This document shows positions 38,301 through 48,132 of a stretch of 64,000 bases of DNA, piece by piece. Below the pieces are notes generated by a model. The model ran no database searches. It saw only the letters and a program-made list of their open reading frames with translations, and was not told the origin of the DNA. Each line of letters begins with the position of its first letter. The first letter of the stretch is position 1. Position numbers and translations under genes: made by a program. This DNA comes from Haplodiscus bocki (taxonomy: Eukaryota): the NCBI GenBank assembly GCA_965655095.1, contig OZ296652.1:69254001-69318000 (forward strand), given 5' to 3'.

Positions 38301-41300
38301 AAGGGTTTTCGAGAATGATGGTAATGAGAACTGAGATGGAACATGGGAGGATAATTCGTTGCATCCAGAACATGAACTTTTTTGTGAGTCGGTATTATGG
38401 AAGCTATTCTTAACTTTGCAGGGAAGCTGCAGGTTTTTATGAATTGATTCAAAATAAAAGTTAGTTGTGGAACAAGAATTTGTTTACAGTCAACAATTCC
38501 ACAGTCAAGAACTTCACAAGGAGCCGTAGTTTATGAGGGTCTAAATCTCTAAAGGTATCGAAGGAATCTTTCTCTGATACGTCCCAAAAACAAAAAGAAG
38601 CATTACCGGCTGTAAAAAGCGGAGCTTCTATCAGTTTGTCAAAATATTATCGTAGTTCTCAGAAAAGCCTACTTGACGTAAATTTGTCATAATTGGCTGT
38701 CAACTGTTGCAACGAATTTCGTTCGGTTCTTAGATTAAGGTAGGAAAAAACACATTTGGGAGAATGACTCCTGCTTATCTTTTATAACATTTGCGAGTTT
38801 CAATCTGCTTTTGCTAAAAGCACACCAATTTTCAGCAGATGATTGTTGACGGTATCTCTCATAGGCGAGTTGGTGTTCAGCGAGCAAACTTTTGCACTCA
38901 TGATCGAACCAGGTTTCTTTAAATTTTTCGGTGTTTTTTTCTCAACGAATAGTTTTTTTGATGGGAGCATGCTTTTCCGTAGCTCTGGACAAAAACACAA
39001 ACATATCATTGGAGGTTGAACAAAGGTTCATTTTGAACCGTGAGAGATCTTACAATGTTTTGCAAAAAACTATTGTGTCATATTTTTTCTTGTCAAATCT
39101 CTGAAATATCATGCGACTTAGTTTTTCAACAGTTATATCTGTAAATAGAGCACAACCGAAATGGTCGATTTTGGAAGGACTATTAAAGACAGCTTTTCTC
39201 GTCCGCTGTTTTTTTCCGTTAGATTATTATCAATGTTTCTCCGTTGTGATGCATATGCGTGTTGGCAAAATTGGACCAGCTACTGAAAAACCGTAGGGTA
39301 AAATCACAGTTTCTAGTTTTTCACGTTCAAGAATTGTGAAAAAATCTAAATTGTAGTCACCCATCTTGGTGATCGATAGCGATTCGCGTGAAGCGTAATC
39401 AATATCACTCAACCGTTGTTCGAGGAAGTCTTTTTGGTTAGCTTTCAGAGGATTATACGTTACATTCCGAAATATTTTTGATCTACACTTTTTAGAAAAG
39501 TTATAACGGCATTGAACGCCTTCTGATTCGAATTTGGATTTAACGAGAACGTTCATATCTTTACGTTTTTTGGTGCTAGTCTGAAAGGGACAAAAAGCAT
39601 TACACCGCTCTTCCATAAGGATGAATCATCATCAGGCGGAAGCCGGGTTTCAGAGATACCAATTATACATTTTCGCCCACGTCAGTTACAAAAAGGTTTC
39701 AATTGCCGCCGTGTTTTTTGTTATACCTTGAAAGTTCAGGTGAATGAAGGATAGTGTATTTTTAATACTTCAACAGACAACTTGGAAAAACTTTCATAGC
39801 TAATTTCAGGTCCAGGATTTTCCTCAATGTCACCGCAGTTTTTCATGACTGAGGAAGCGTAGAGGAAAGTGTTTGTCACATATCCCAAGCTTGCACAAAG
39901 AATGCTTTTTCATGCCATTGCAGGCATTAGAGAATAGCTCATTATCCTTATTTTGTAGTTTGCGAAGATTATCAAACACCAGCTTTTCATTAACCTGCAT
40001 GAATACAATAAATTTCTCATTTGCAGATACCACACCGCAAAGATCATCTCTACTTCTCAGGTCATGGGTTCTGTTTGCACGTAAAGGAATCAAGTCATCA
40101 TTTACATAGATACTGATTTCGTTAAAGTTTTCTTTTGTGCTTCATCAATTGGTGGTTAGTAGCGCGCCCAACTAACTTGGCAATCAGAGGTTTCGGGCCC
40201 TTACCTCCGCCCGGTAGACGGTGACAGGTAATAACATCATTAGCAGTGATAGTGACTCCGGCTTTTTCTGCCTCACTAACCACCTTGACGGAGACGTCCT
40301 CATCTGGCTCCTCCTCTACACCAAAGATGCGCTCGTTCTCCCTTCGCCCGTACTGCTCGCTGCTTTTGTACTCTATGATTGGCGACCGGTCATCCACAGT
40401 ATAAGTTTTCATCTTTTACAGCTCCTCAACAGCTCAAAAGCCTCAAAGCAAGGGTCTTGTGAAGAAGTTTTTGGGAATGAGCCTCGGCACCCAAACGTTT
40501 GTCCAGATGATGCATGCAGCATTCCCGTCCACTCCAGACCCAGTGCACTCCACAAGATGGTTGCTGCCATCGTACTTCTTTGCTGGGTTTGGCGCAGGTG
40601 TTGTTGTTGCGCGTCGGCGCTATCAGTTGTTTTACAGTGAATCTACTACTTAATAAGTTTATCGCAACAATTAGGCTCATTAGTGTACTGTGGAAAGTCA
40701 TACTTATCGCCGAAAGCAGTTTATAAAAGTATGTTCAGTTTCGTATGAACTCAATGAAGTTTCAAAAGTTGATGGACTTGGCTCTATTTGATTCCTTACT
40801 TATAAATATTTAGTGGATAATTGAACAAGACGGCCAGCTAGCACTGGCATATTTTTCGCCCAACTACAAATATTTTGATCAACTTTTGCAAACGGTTAAA
40901 AACAAAACTACTGTATTGATATTAGTTTTCAAAGAGTTTTTTTACAAACATCAGTTGTACCACTGATTTCTGTACTTTATGCAAAAGGGTATCACTATTA
41001 TCCGTTGAAATATTTTCGTCTCACAGTGCCAAAAAATTTCGTCGAGAAACCCTTCTCTGTTTCAGAAAATTTCTGGTATCGAAAAATGTTAGGGATAAGA
41101 GAGGGGGCGGGAATCACGATTTTCCTTCAAAATTGTTTTGTCTCACAGTACCGAATCTTTTCGCAGAGGAACCTTTCTGTGTTTCAGAAAGTTTCCGGTA
41201 TCGGAAAATTTTATGGCTAAGAGGGGAATATGACCATTTTCAATTGAAAATTTCTGGCAGTACCGAATTTTTTCGTAGGGGAGCCCTTTAGTGTTTCACT

Positions 41301-43680
41301 AATTTCGGGTATCGAAAGATTTTATGCTTCAGAGAATTATGTCACGATTTTGTGTCGAAATTTTTTTGTCTCAGTGCCGAAAAATTTCGTGGGCATCCTT
41401 TCAATGTTTCAGAAAAATTGGGGTATCGAAAAATCGTTATAAATCGTAAAAATACTAGGCACGACAGTGACTCGAACCCCGAACTTACTGCTTGAGAACC
41501 TTGTTGTCCTAAGCCTACTGCTGTCATTTATTTTTGAATAAAAAGAGTTGGCAATTTTGGTCTGAAAAAAAAGAAAAACGACCCTACTGAATGAATAATT
41601 TTTCTTGCATATTACATATGCGGCAAAAAATAATAATATTGTGATAATTTTAGTGTGCGAGAAATGCATCAAGAGTGGGAGAAATGGTACGAAGAGAAAA
41701 AACAGAAGGAAGAAGCAGAAAAGGCTACGAAGGAAAAGAAAGCTTCATCCGCTGCCTCGCCAGAGAAAGTTAGTACTCTCGAAACCAATGATGTTAAATG
41801 ATACATGATATCTTTTTATGGTGTAGCATGCATTGTATCATTTTATTTTGCTTCTGCGATGTGATATTTCAAAAATTAGTTCTATTTTACTAATTCTCGA
41901 AATTAATTCATGTTAAGATAAGGAGTTCGGCAGCTATTCAGGATGTTTAATAAAAGGGGAATTTTATCCATAATGCAATGAAATCATTTTTTAATGAAAC
42001 TTTCTGGATCATATAAAAACCAGCGGTGATTGTCAAATTTACGCAAGGCAAAGTAGAGGTAGCAACTGACGATTAGTTCTATTAACTAATGATTTGTCAT
42101 TTTGTACCTTTTGATCCTTTTTTAAAGTTGAGGAAGCCCGGGACGCTCAAGTCGCAAAGGCTTGAAACATAAAAGGGGTTTATTAAACATGGGGTGTTAA
42201 AAACAGAAAAATCCAATAATTGGAAGTTTGTCCCGAAAAAAAATGGACTTGCCTATCATAACATGGGGTGTTAAAAACAGAAAAATCCAATAATTGGAAG
42301 TTTTTCCCGAAAAAAATGGACTTGCCTAGTCTCGAACCAGTATCTGTGGCTCAAAAACTTTTTGTCCTACCCTATAGACCACCAAGGACTTCTAGAGTTC
42401 CGATCGTTTTAAGTTGGTCATGAAATTGAAAAAACCTCATAAAATTAAAAAATCCTTTTGGACACTATAGCAGTGAAAAATATACTGTAATGGTCGAATT
42501 TTTATTACAGTAAAGCACCGGCTAAAGATGATGAAATTTCGAATCATGTTTATTTTAAGAAACGTATCGTTTAACATTTCTGCTCAAAAGTGCTTCATAT
42601 TTACTGATGAATATTGAGTGTTTCTAAAATTGTTGATCCTATTTTCAGAAAGCAGCTTCAAATTTGAAAGAGTGCAAAAGTATTTTGGCTCAATGCAGAA
42701 TTAAAGATGACGGTGATGCCGAAACTGCTATCGAAATTTCACGAGCATTGGCTGAAGCTCATGTGCAATACAAGCTGCGCTACATGAAAGCAGAGGTAAA
42801 TATTCAATTAAAACATTTTGACGTGGGCGTTGGTTGAGGTGGACAAAAATAATGGTCGCTTTATAATTAGACTTATGAAAACTTAAATCTTTTCGAGTAT
42901 TAGGTCATCAGCAGTTGTCTAAAAATACTTATCTGAAATCGCCAAAATGATGCCGTTTTGATTTGTAGTATCTGAGTATGAAGTAATGCTAAGCGACAAC
43001 AGAAGTATTCTATTATTAATTCAACTCCAGAAGTTGGCCAATGATGAAGCACGCCACAAGACCTATTATTTAGTATCAAGAAGTATGTCAAGTCTATGGA
43101 TTCTGAAATAAAAAGTTGAAATTATTTGGCTGTCATTTTTCAGGAAAAGACGAAATTAGTTCAGGATACATACAAGGTGGTACTTGGTTATCTTCGTGAA
43201 ATGCAGTCGGGAAAACTTCCGAATTTGAACATGAGTCAAGTCATGCAACAACAGGCTGCACAACCCATGTATCCATACCCCAGTGGCATGCCACCTAATA
43301 TGTACCCGGCACAGCCCGGACCGTATCCTTATCCCGTTGCAAATCCGCAATACCCCAACCCGTATGGGTCTTACCCACAGCCTGCTGCAGCACCTCCTGC
43401 TGGTGCACCCAACACTTCTCAGCCTCCTTGGGTCACTCAGCAACAACAGTCATCGTCAAGTGCCACCAATACGACATCTCAAGAAGAGAGCACTAACCCT
43501 TTGATGATGGGCAGCAACGCTAACTCACAACAAACTCAACACAGACTTCAACCTGCTGCCTCAACCCAAGGTGCTTATGTCCCCACAAGTTCTTACTATC
43601 AAGGACCTGTTGCTGGAGCGCACACGCCTGGACAAGCTCTTCCTGCAAGAAATGCTACAAACCCGACTTCTGTTGCATAA
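5351..43680 (+). CDS. Uncharacterised zinc-finger protein, about 746 aa, 11 exons: U1/matrin-type finger, EPIIGL..YYCELC finger domain, Arg-rich region and Pro/Gln/Tyr-rich tail
   Basis: Exons 5351-5512, 7077-7145, 7255-7366, 7616-7758, 7858-8007, 8209-8477, 9880-10100, 10983-11298, 41654-41768, 42649-42795, 43144-43680 join with consistent phases into 2241 nt with no internal stop. Junctions rebuild NYCE|PCDLQLNNSVSYKQHLLGLRH, EPIIG|LDALTE..YYCELC..HVTSTQH and FFQKY|VREMHQEWEKW. All introns are GT-AG except one GC-AG. Confidence 0.8.
5675..6297. mobile_element. Foldback/MITE-like element, about 620-bp imperfect palindrome in intron 1
   Basis: The arms are reverse complements, e.g. tgtgacgaaaattaca (~5783) with tgtaattttcgtcaca (~6190), ctagtttacaatggttt with aaaccattttaaactag, and ttcattcacacgtgaa (~5903) with ttcacgtgtgaatgaa (~6004). 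Confidence 0.75.
6335..6898 (+). mobile_element. Internally deleted hAT DNA transposon
   Basis: TIRs ctgggttggtatgtttaaaac and gtttaaaacaccaaccctg; 8-bp TSD ttttccgt/atttccgt (7 of 8). The internal remnant translates VVSDNAANISHMRELL..YGCQAHIANLVAKDF, matching the hAT transposase TDNAxN and CxAHxxNL motifs. Confidence 0.85.
10280..10560 (-). repeat. Degenerate copy of the dispersed repeat family also at about 4960-5120 and 41000-41440
   Basis: Shares aaaatttcgtaagggtacccttt / cctttcacgtataccga-type motifs with those regions; boundaries are approximate. Confidence 0.45.
12180..12720. mobile_element. SINE-like dispersed repeat with a tRNA-like segment (12252-12325, minus strand) and a GCGAAGC..GCTTCGC hairpin motif
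   Basis: The minus strand has A-box-like TGGCAGTCAGTAG and B-box GGTTCGAGC but no acceptor stem. The body is homologous to about 120-250, 47610-47800, 55470-55640 and 62880-63420. Confidence 0.55.
12863..13030 (-). repeat. 3' LTR (degenerate, partly deleted)
   Basis: TGTTGTACCTCTGAC..tgaccgtcattggagtttgcaggttgttt aligns with TGTTTCACCTCTGAC..tgacagtcatcggagtttgcgagttgttt at 33676-33896; adjacent to the PPT. Confidence 0.7.
15776..33560 (-). repeat. Head-to-tail array of a 3676-3685-bp LTR-less Gypsy internal unit: four complete units plus one with a deletion of about 615 bp
   Basis: Identical ORFs recur at 15611, 19289, 22965, 26642 and 30319. Junctions lie at about 15775, 19453, 23129, 26806 and 30483, where gag-region sequence joins post-integrase sequence. 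Confidence 0.95.
17900..18037. repeat. Inverted duplication forming a 35-bp perfect-stem hairpin; repeated at 21576, 25253 and 28930
   Basis: TGTTTACATGAGATGGTCCTCATTTGACCTTTGCA (17900-17934) and its exact reverse complement (17969-18003). Confidence 0.95.
33661..33675 (-). promoter_or_regulatory. Primer-binding site, probably tRNA-Ser
   Basis: The minus strand reads ..GAAACA|TGGCGCAGTCAGCCG: the LTR end CA is followed directly by TGG, complementary to a tRNA 3' end ..GACTGCGCCA typical of tRNA-Ser. Confidence 0.7.
33676..33937 (-). repeat. 5' LTR, about 262 bp, TG..CA
   Basis: Starts TGTTTCAC next to the PBS and is homologous to 12863-13030. The outer end tatcACA is the best candidate, but no TSD match was found. 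Confidence 0.7.
37150..40676 (-). mobile_element. CR1/L2-type LINE (ORF1 plus APE-RT ORF2), 5'-complete, decayed
   Basis: ORF1: degenerate PHD (TCAK..VECTGSG..AAC), then EQYGRRENERIFGVEE..CHRLP..PKPLIAKLV (40122-40412). Endonuclease: SET, YNP, MGDYNLDF, PTR (39230-39660). RT: LNLSKAFD, GVPQGTVLGPLLFNL, QFADD (37804-38140). The 3' boundary is approximate. Confidence 0.88.
40646..40676 (-). other. Putative retro-copied spliced leader at the 5' end of the LINE
   Basis: Minus strand reads GCCTAATTGTTGCGATAAACTTATTAAGTAG, then 22 nt, then ATA GCG CCG (probably a mutated ATG) opening the PHD-like ORF1. Similarity to 4037-4067 is confined to these 31 nt. Confidence 0.72.
41000..41600 (+). repeat. 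Tandem degenerate repeat of about 120 bp (tgtctcacagtaccgaa..aaccttt..gtttcagaaa..ggtatcg) followed by a tRNA-like segment
   Basis: About four units at about 41017, 41140, 41258 and 41367. A minus-strand B-box (actcgaacc on the + strand) lies at about 41470. Confidence 0.7.
42186..42328. repeat. 74-bp tandem duplication at the edge of a SINE-like element (related copy at about 48300-48420)
   Basis: aacatggggtgttaaaaacagaaaaatccaataattggaagttt..aatggacttgccta occurs at 42186 and 42260. Confidence 0.9.
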
Positions 43681-44210
43681 AACTCTTCTTTAGGAACGTA
43701 CGTTGTCTTCGGCAATGAAAAGCAAACTTGAAATTTTGTCTTGTTTTTTTTTTTGGGAATTGTCGCAGACAAGCCCGAAATTTTCATTGTTGTCCTTTGT
43801 TTTTGTATGCAGCATGGATCGATATTCTGTGAAATATATTTTCCTAGATATGAGTTTTCTGAATGTTGGATGTTGAAAGAAAATTTATTCCCGCGAAAAA
43901 TGTATTGAACTTATTCTTTATGGCTCAAAACTTCGCCAAGTAATCTACCAGAAACAAAGAAATTGAATTTCCAAGCGCTTGAATGTGTCTGTTGCAGGTA
44001 TTTTATGTTCATGGTAGAAAACTGTACAAATTAATCCATGCAACAGCGCTTAGCAAACAGCTGACGAATTTACGACACTAGAGTTCGTTGGTTTGGTCTC
44101 TTCGGGGTAAATAATTTTACGTTTTGGGTAAGTTCATTGGATAGTGCAAAAAGAACAATCTGTTGTTTTCATATTAACCGAAGATACTGCTCTCTCTTCA
44201 GTTGATTGGA

Positions 44211-47200
44211 ATGTACGATTACTTCCAACTAGGGAATGAGTCATCGTTTTCCCCATTTGAAACTGCGGTTTTCAGTCTATTGAAGAGGCAGCCGGATTGT
44301 TCCATCCAGGAGTTATCGCGACTGTTTCCTCGCGTCAAAAATGTTGAAGAACTACCGATATCGATGAGTGAAAATTTTATGGAGTGGCGGGGATCAATGC
44401 AATTAGAATCTATCTCACAATTTTGGTTTTACAGAAAAAGTTAGTTTTCCATCAGCATTTCACTCTGGAAAAATAAAGTTGCTCTGGAAGTTGTTAAATT
44501 TCATACTGATCAAATTTCAAGTCTTTCAGTTTGCTGGCGTAAATCTGGCAGATTACCTAGCTAACTATTTTTATTCTTTTAAAAATATAATTAATTACTA
44601 AAATTCAAGGAAGAACGCTGAAGACCAAGAAAAAAATTCCAAGAGAATGGTTCAAATAGGTTCTCAGACGAGGCAAGACAATGACCAAAGTTTTTTTGAA
44701 AGAGTTTTTTGAAGCTATTTTTTAATATCGAAGTCAAAGGTTTTCGATATTATAGAGAAATACCATGAAAATTTATTCTGAAATCTATTCGATAATTGTA
44801 AAACTCAAAGTTGTAAAAATCACTTCGAAATTGTAACTTCAAAATGTAGCTGACTCGTATATCTCAGGGGATATTATATGTAGCAATATGGCTGTTGTTT
44901 AAATTCAGTCATAAGTAAATTTTGACTGAGGATTAACCGTCACTCGATTATCCGCTATGAGCGTCGAAGTTATAAAGTTGTACGAATATAAAGTTCAGTA
45001 CCAGATTAACAGCATCCAGTTATCCGCCATAAACGTCAAAATTGTGAAGTTGTGAATTTCAGTATATAACTGCAATAGCTGTCATGTAATTCAGTATATA
45101 ACAGCCATAGCTTTCATGTATTCAACTTGAATTTAAGCCAAGAACAGGCTGGGAGTATTGAAGGGGATATCACAAATTTTTCAGTTTTAAACTTCTGCAT
45201 CCAAGAATGGATTATTTGGGGGGTTTTGTGAATCTCATCAGGAGATGGAATTCTTTGGTATGAGCTATGGGGTATAGCGGCACCGTGCGGTATCATCAGT
45301 GTCGTGGAATTTTGGTATACGCTGTATTATAATGAACAGTTTGGTATGCTTTTTTGGGAAATATTTAGTTTATGGAAGAGGCTAGCAAAGAACGATTTGG
45401 GTCTATCTATTGCTCAAAAATATACGTGAAAAGAGGATGTCAAGAAATTCTTAGTTCATGAAACTTCTGGTTAATGGTATTTAGTGTGTCGATGTTTATT
45501 TTGCGATTTTCGGATGGGATATTCCTTGTTTTGGCTAATATATCTTAACAGTGAACTTCTGTTTTATTTCACCTACGGCACGGGTCGTCTTAGTTCATTT
45601 TGTAGTCATTTGCTTTCGTGTTAAGGCTAGATAATTTAATGCACTTTCCAGTGTTCAAATGTTTGAATTTTTGACATTTTCCCAATGCAACTGCCCCTCA
45701 ATTGTGTAAAGTTGGTTTGCTTATCTTTCTTTTTATCTATGTTAATGTCTTGGCTTTTGTTCTTAAATTTTATTGATAGTTTATGAAGGCTGTTTTGCAG
45801 ACAGTTGAAAATGGATATCAAAAGTCAATCAACTTGAAATTAACTCGCTTTGATGTTCGAGCCCCGCCAGGGGGCTATTTTCTTCAACATTGATTCTTTT
45901 CAGAGTTCAAATGTCATGGCTGCAGGCTTAAAGTTATTTGCGGAAATTATTAACTCGCTTTAATTGACCTTCATTATGAAGTTAAGACTTCCTGGTTTAA
46001 TCAAAATTCGCATTTAAAATTGTTTCCTGGTCTGTTTAATGTATAATTGTTATTTTTTTAGCTCCAGTTAAGAGCCGTTACATCGGATTGTTGCCAATTG
46101 GACCCTTTCCTGAAAGCATTGACATCGAAGAAGTGTTATCACTACTGACCAATTGGTTATCTTGCTTTTTCATGGGTTATCGAGTGGAGTGTTTGCAAAC
46201 AACATCCATCAAAGATTTACCAGGACTTGTCAGTCGGTATCACTCGAAAACGAAAAAATTCCAAATACTTTCCAGCAGTTTAATCAAACAGGCCACACTT
46301 TCAATTAGCGACTTCAGCTACGAGTGCCTTGTTGTTCTTTCATGGCACGATCTGTACCCTGATGAGAGATTAAATTTTGAATTGGGACAAGGAAACACCT
46401 TTTATCGCTGTGCAGTCATGTGTTTCGGCCGCTTTGAACCCAATAGCTTTGTTGAAAACCAGCCCGACCTCCAGGAAATGTCTGTGGATCTAATTTGGAA
46501 AATGTTGAAAGTAAATAAATTTTCGATTAACCCATGTAAAATTAACTATTGAGTTTGGCAATTTTCGGAACGTGATGGTTATCAGTATATTATCTAGTCA
46601 TGTCACTCGAAGAAGAATAGGAAAAATTTGCTTACTGTTTAAACAATGGGAAGAAAAACACGCACTGTTCATATATAAAAGTCACACCCAATGTTGTCAT
46701 TAGTATGCTATTTTCGATTTATGTGTTTGACGAGAATTTACGTTTTTACAAACAATTTACTAGGTCAACCTTGTCCTGGATTTCCGGTACCGACGGAATA
46801 TGTGGCCTGATTTTTTTCTTTCAAGTCTGGTTCTGGCCGGACAAGAATTTCAACTGGAAACTGGAAAAATTTTTTCTGCAATAAATTCAGTCAGGCAAAC
46901 TACACGAGATGTTAATATTTTGATTAAGGAAAATCATGATTCCTCCATTTTGCTGCTAGAGAATATCCTACTTTTCTTCAAAGATGTCTCCATACTGTGT
47001 CGGAAAAAGTTTTTGGTGAAAAAATTACGGTTCAGCTCCGATTTTTCAATTTTTGCCGTTTTACCCTGGATGTGAAAATATTTTCGAAAATAAACTTTCC
47101 TATAGAAGTTTTTCCAATAGAAAAATTAATCTGCATTGGCTTCGCTCAGCAGTCACATGCGTAACCAACTGAGGTATTTACGCTTGTGAAGTGACACATT

Positions 47201-48132
47201 TATTTTAAATGCCGTCTATTTAAGCGAATTTAGCCTACGAATATAGCATTTTTTGCAGCTAAATTTAGCGTCCTCAATTCGAATGCGGCTTCAAGTCAAT
47301 ATGCAGCCAATCGGAAAAAACTAGGGTAGCTAACAAGTCCACCTCGCGAACAATATCTTTGGGGTTAAATTACTCCTCTTTGATTGCGTCTAGATTACTA
47401 ATAATTACCCTAAATGCAATTTCATGTTTCAGTTCTGCATTTTTCTGACCATTATTGAACATTGAGGAGCAGAATTCAACTTCTGTGTGAATCCAATCTT
47501 TGCTTGCGGCTTCCATTCATGTGCGGCCTCTATTTCTCCCTATGACTTTTTTGCGGCTTGACTTCGAATGCGGCCTCAATTCTATCGCGGCTATAATTCG
47601 ATTAAATACGGAATAAAGCGAATTAACTACTTGTATATAAATGTCTAAGAATTAAGTAAGTTGATTAAATTTCTGTTCACCTGTTTAATCAGCAGTGGTC
47701 GTAGTACCGTGGCTTCTTCAAAAATCAGTCACACATGTTTGATTTGTTCGCCAGAGTTCCGTTGGCGCAAATGTTGCGAAGCCAAGCTTCGCCTCTGCGT
47801 TTCATAAATAATTACTTGAAGTACTTTCGTTGCAGGTTTCAGCGCATGAAGTTTGTCATGTGTTTGGTATGAAACATTGTAACGTGTTCCAATGTCTCAT
47901 GAACGGCAGCTCGTCAATTCGACAAGCAATGGATCAACCTCTTCTTTTGTGCCCTTCTTGTCTCCGCAAGCTCAAACACTTCTCAAAAGCTAATATCGAA
48001 CATTGGTTTGTTGGCGTTCGAATTTTTCTCAAACAAGTTCTCCAGAAGTTTCCAGATTGCCACAAGTTATCAGAATGTGTCCAGTGGCTGGATCAGCTGC
48101 TTTCAACTGAAATTATTGCAAACGAATATTAG
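44211..48132 (+). CDS. AMZ2: Archaemetzincin (peptidase M54) zinc metalloprotease, AMZ2-like, 324 aa, 3 exons
   Basis: Exons 44211-44439, 46062-46510, 47836-48132 are in phase (975 nt). Motifs DLYPDERLNFELGQG, HEVCHVFGMKHC (HExxHxxGxxHC), CLMNGS and LCPSCLRKL. The family is clear; AMZ1 versus AMZ2 orthology was not tested. Confidence 0.9.
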
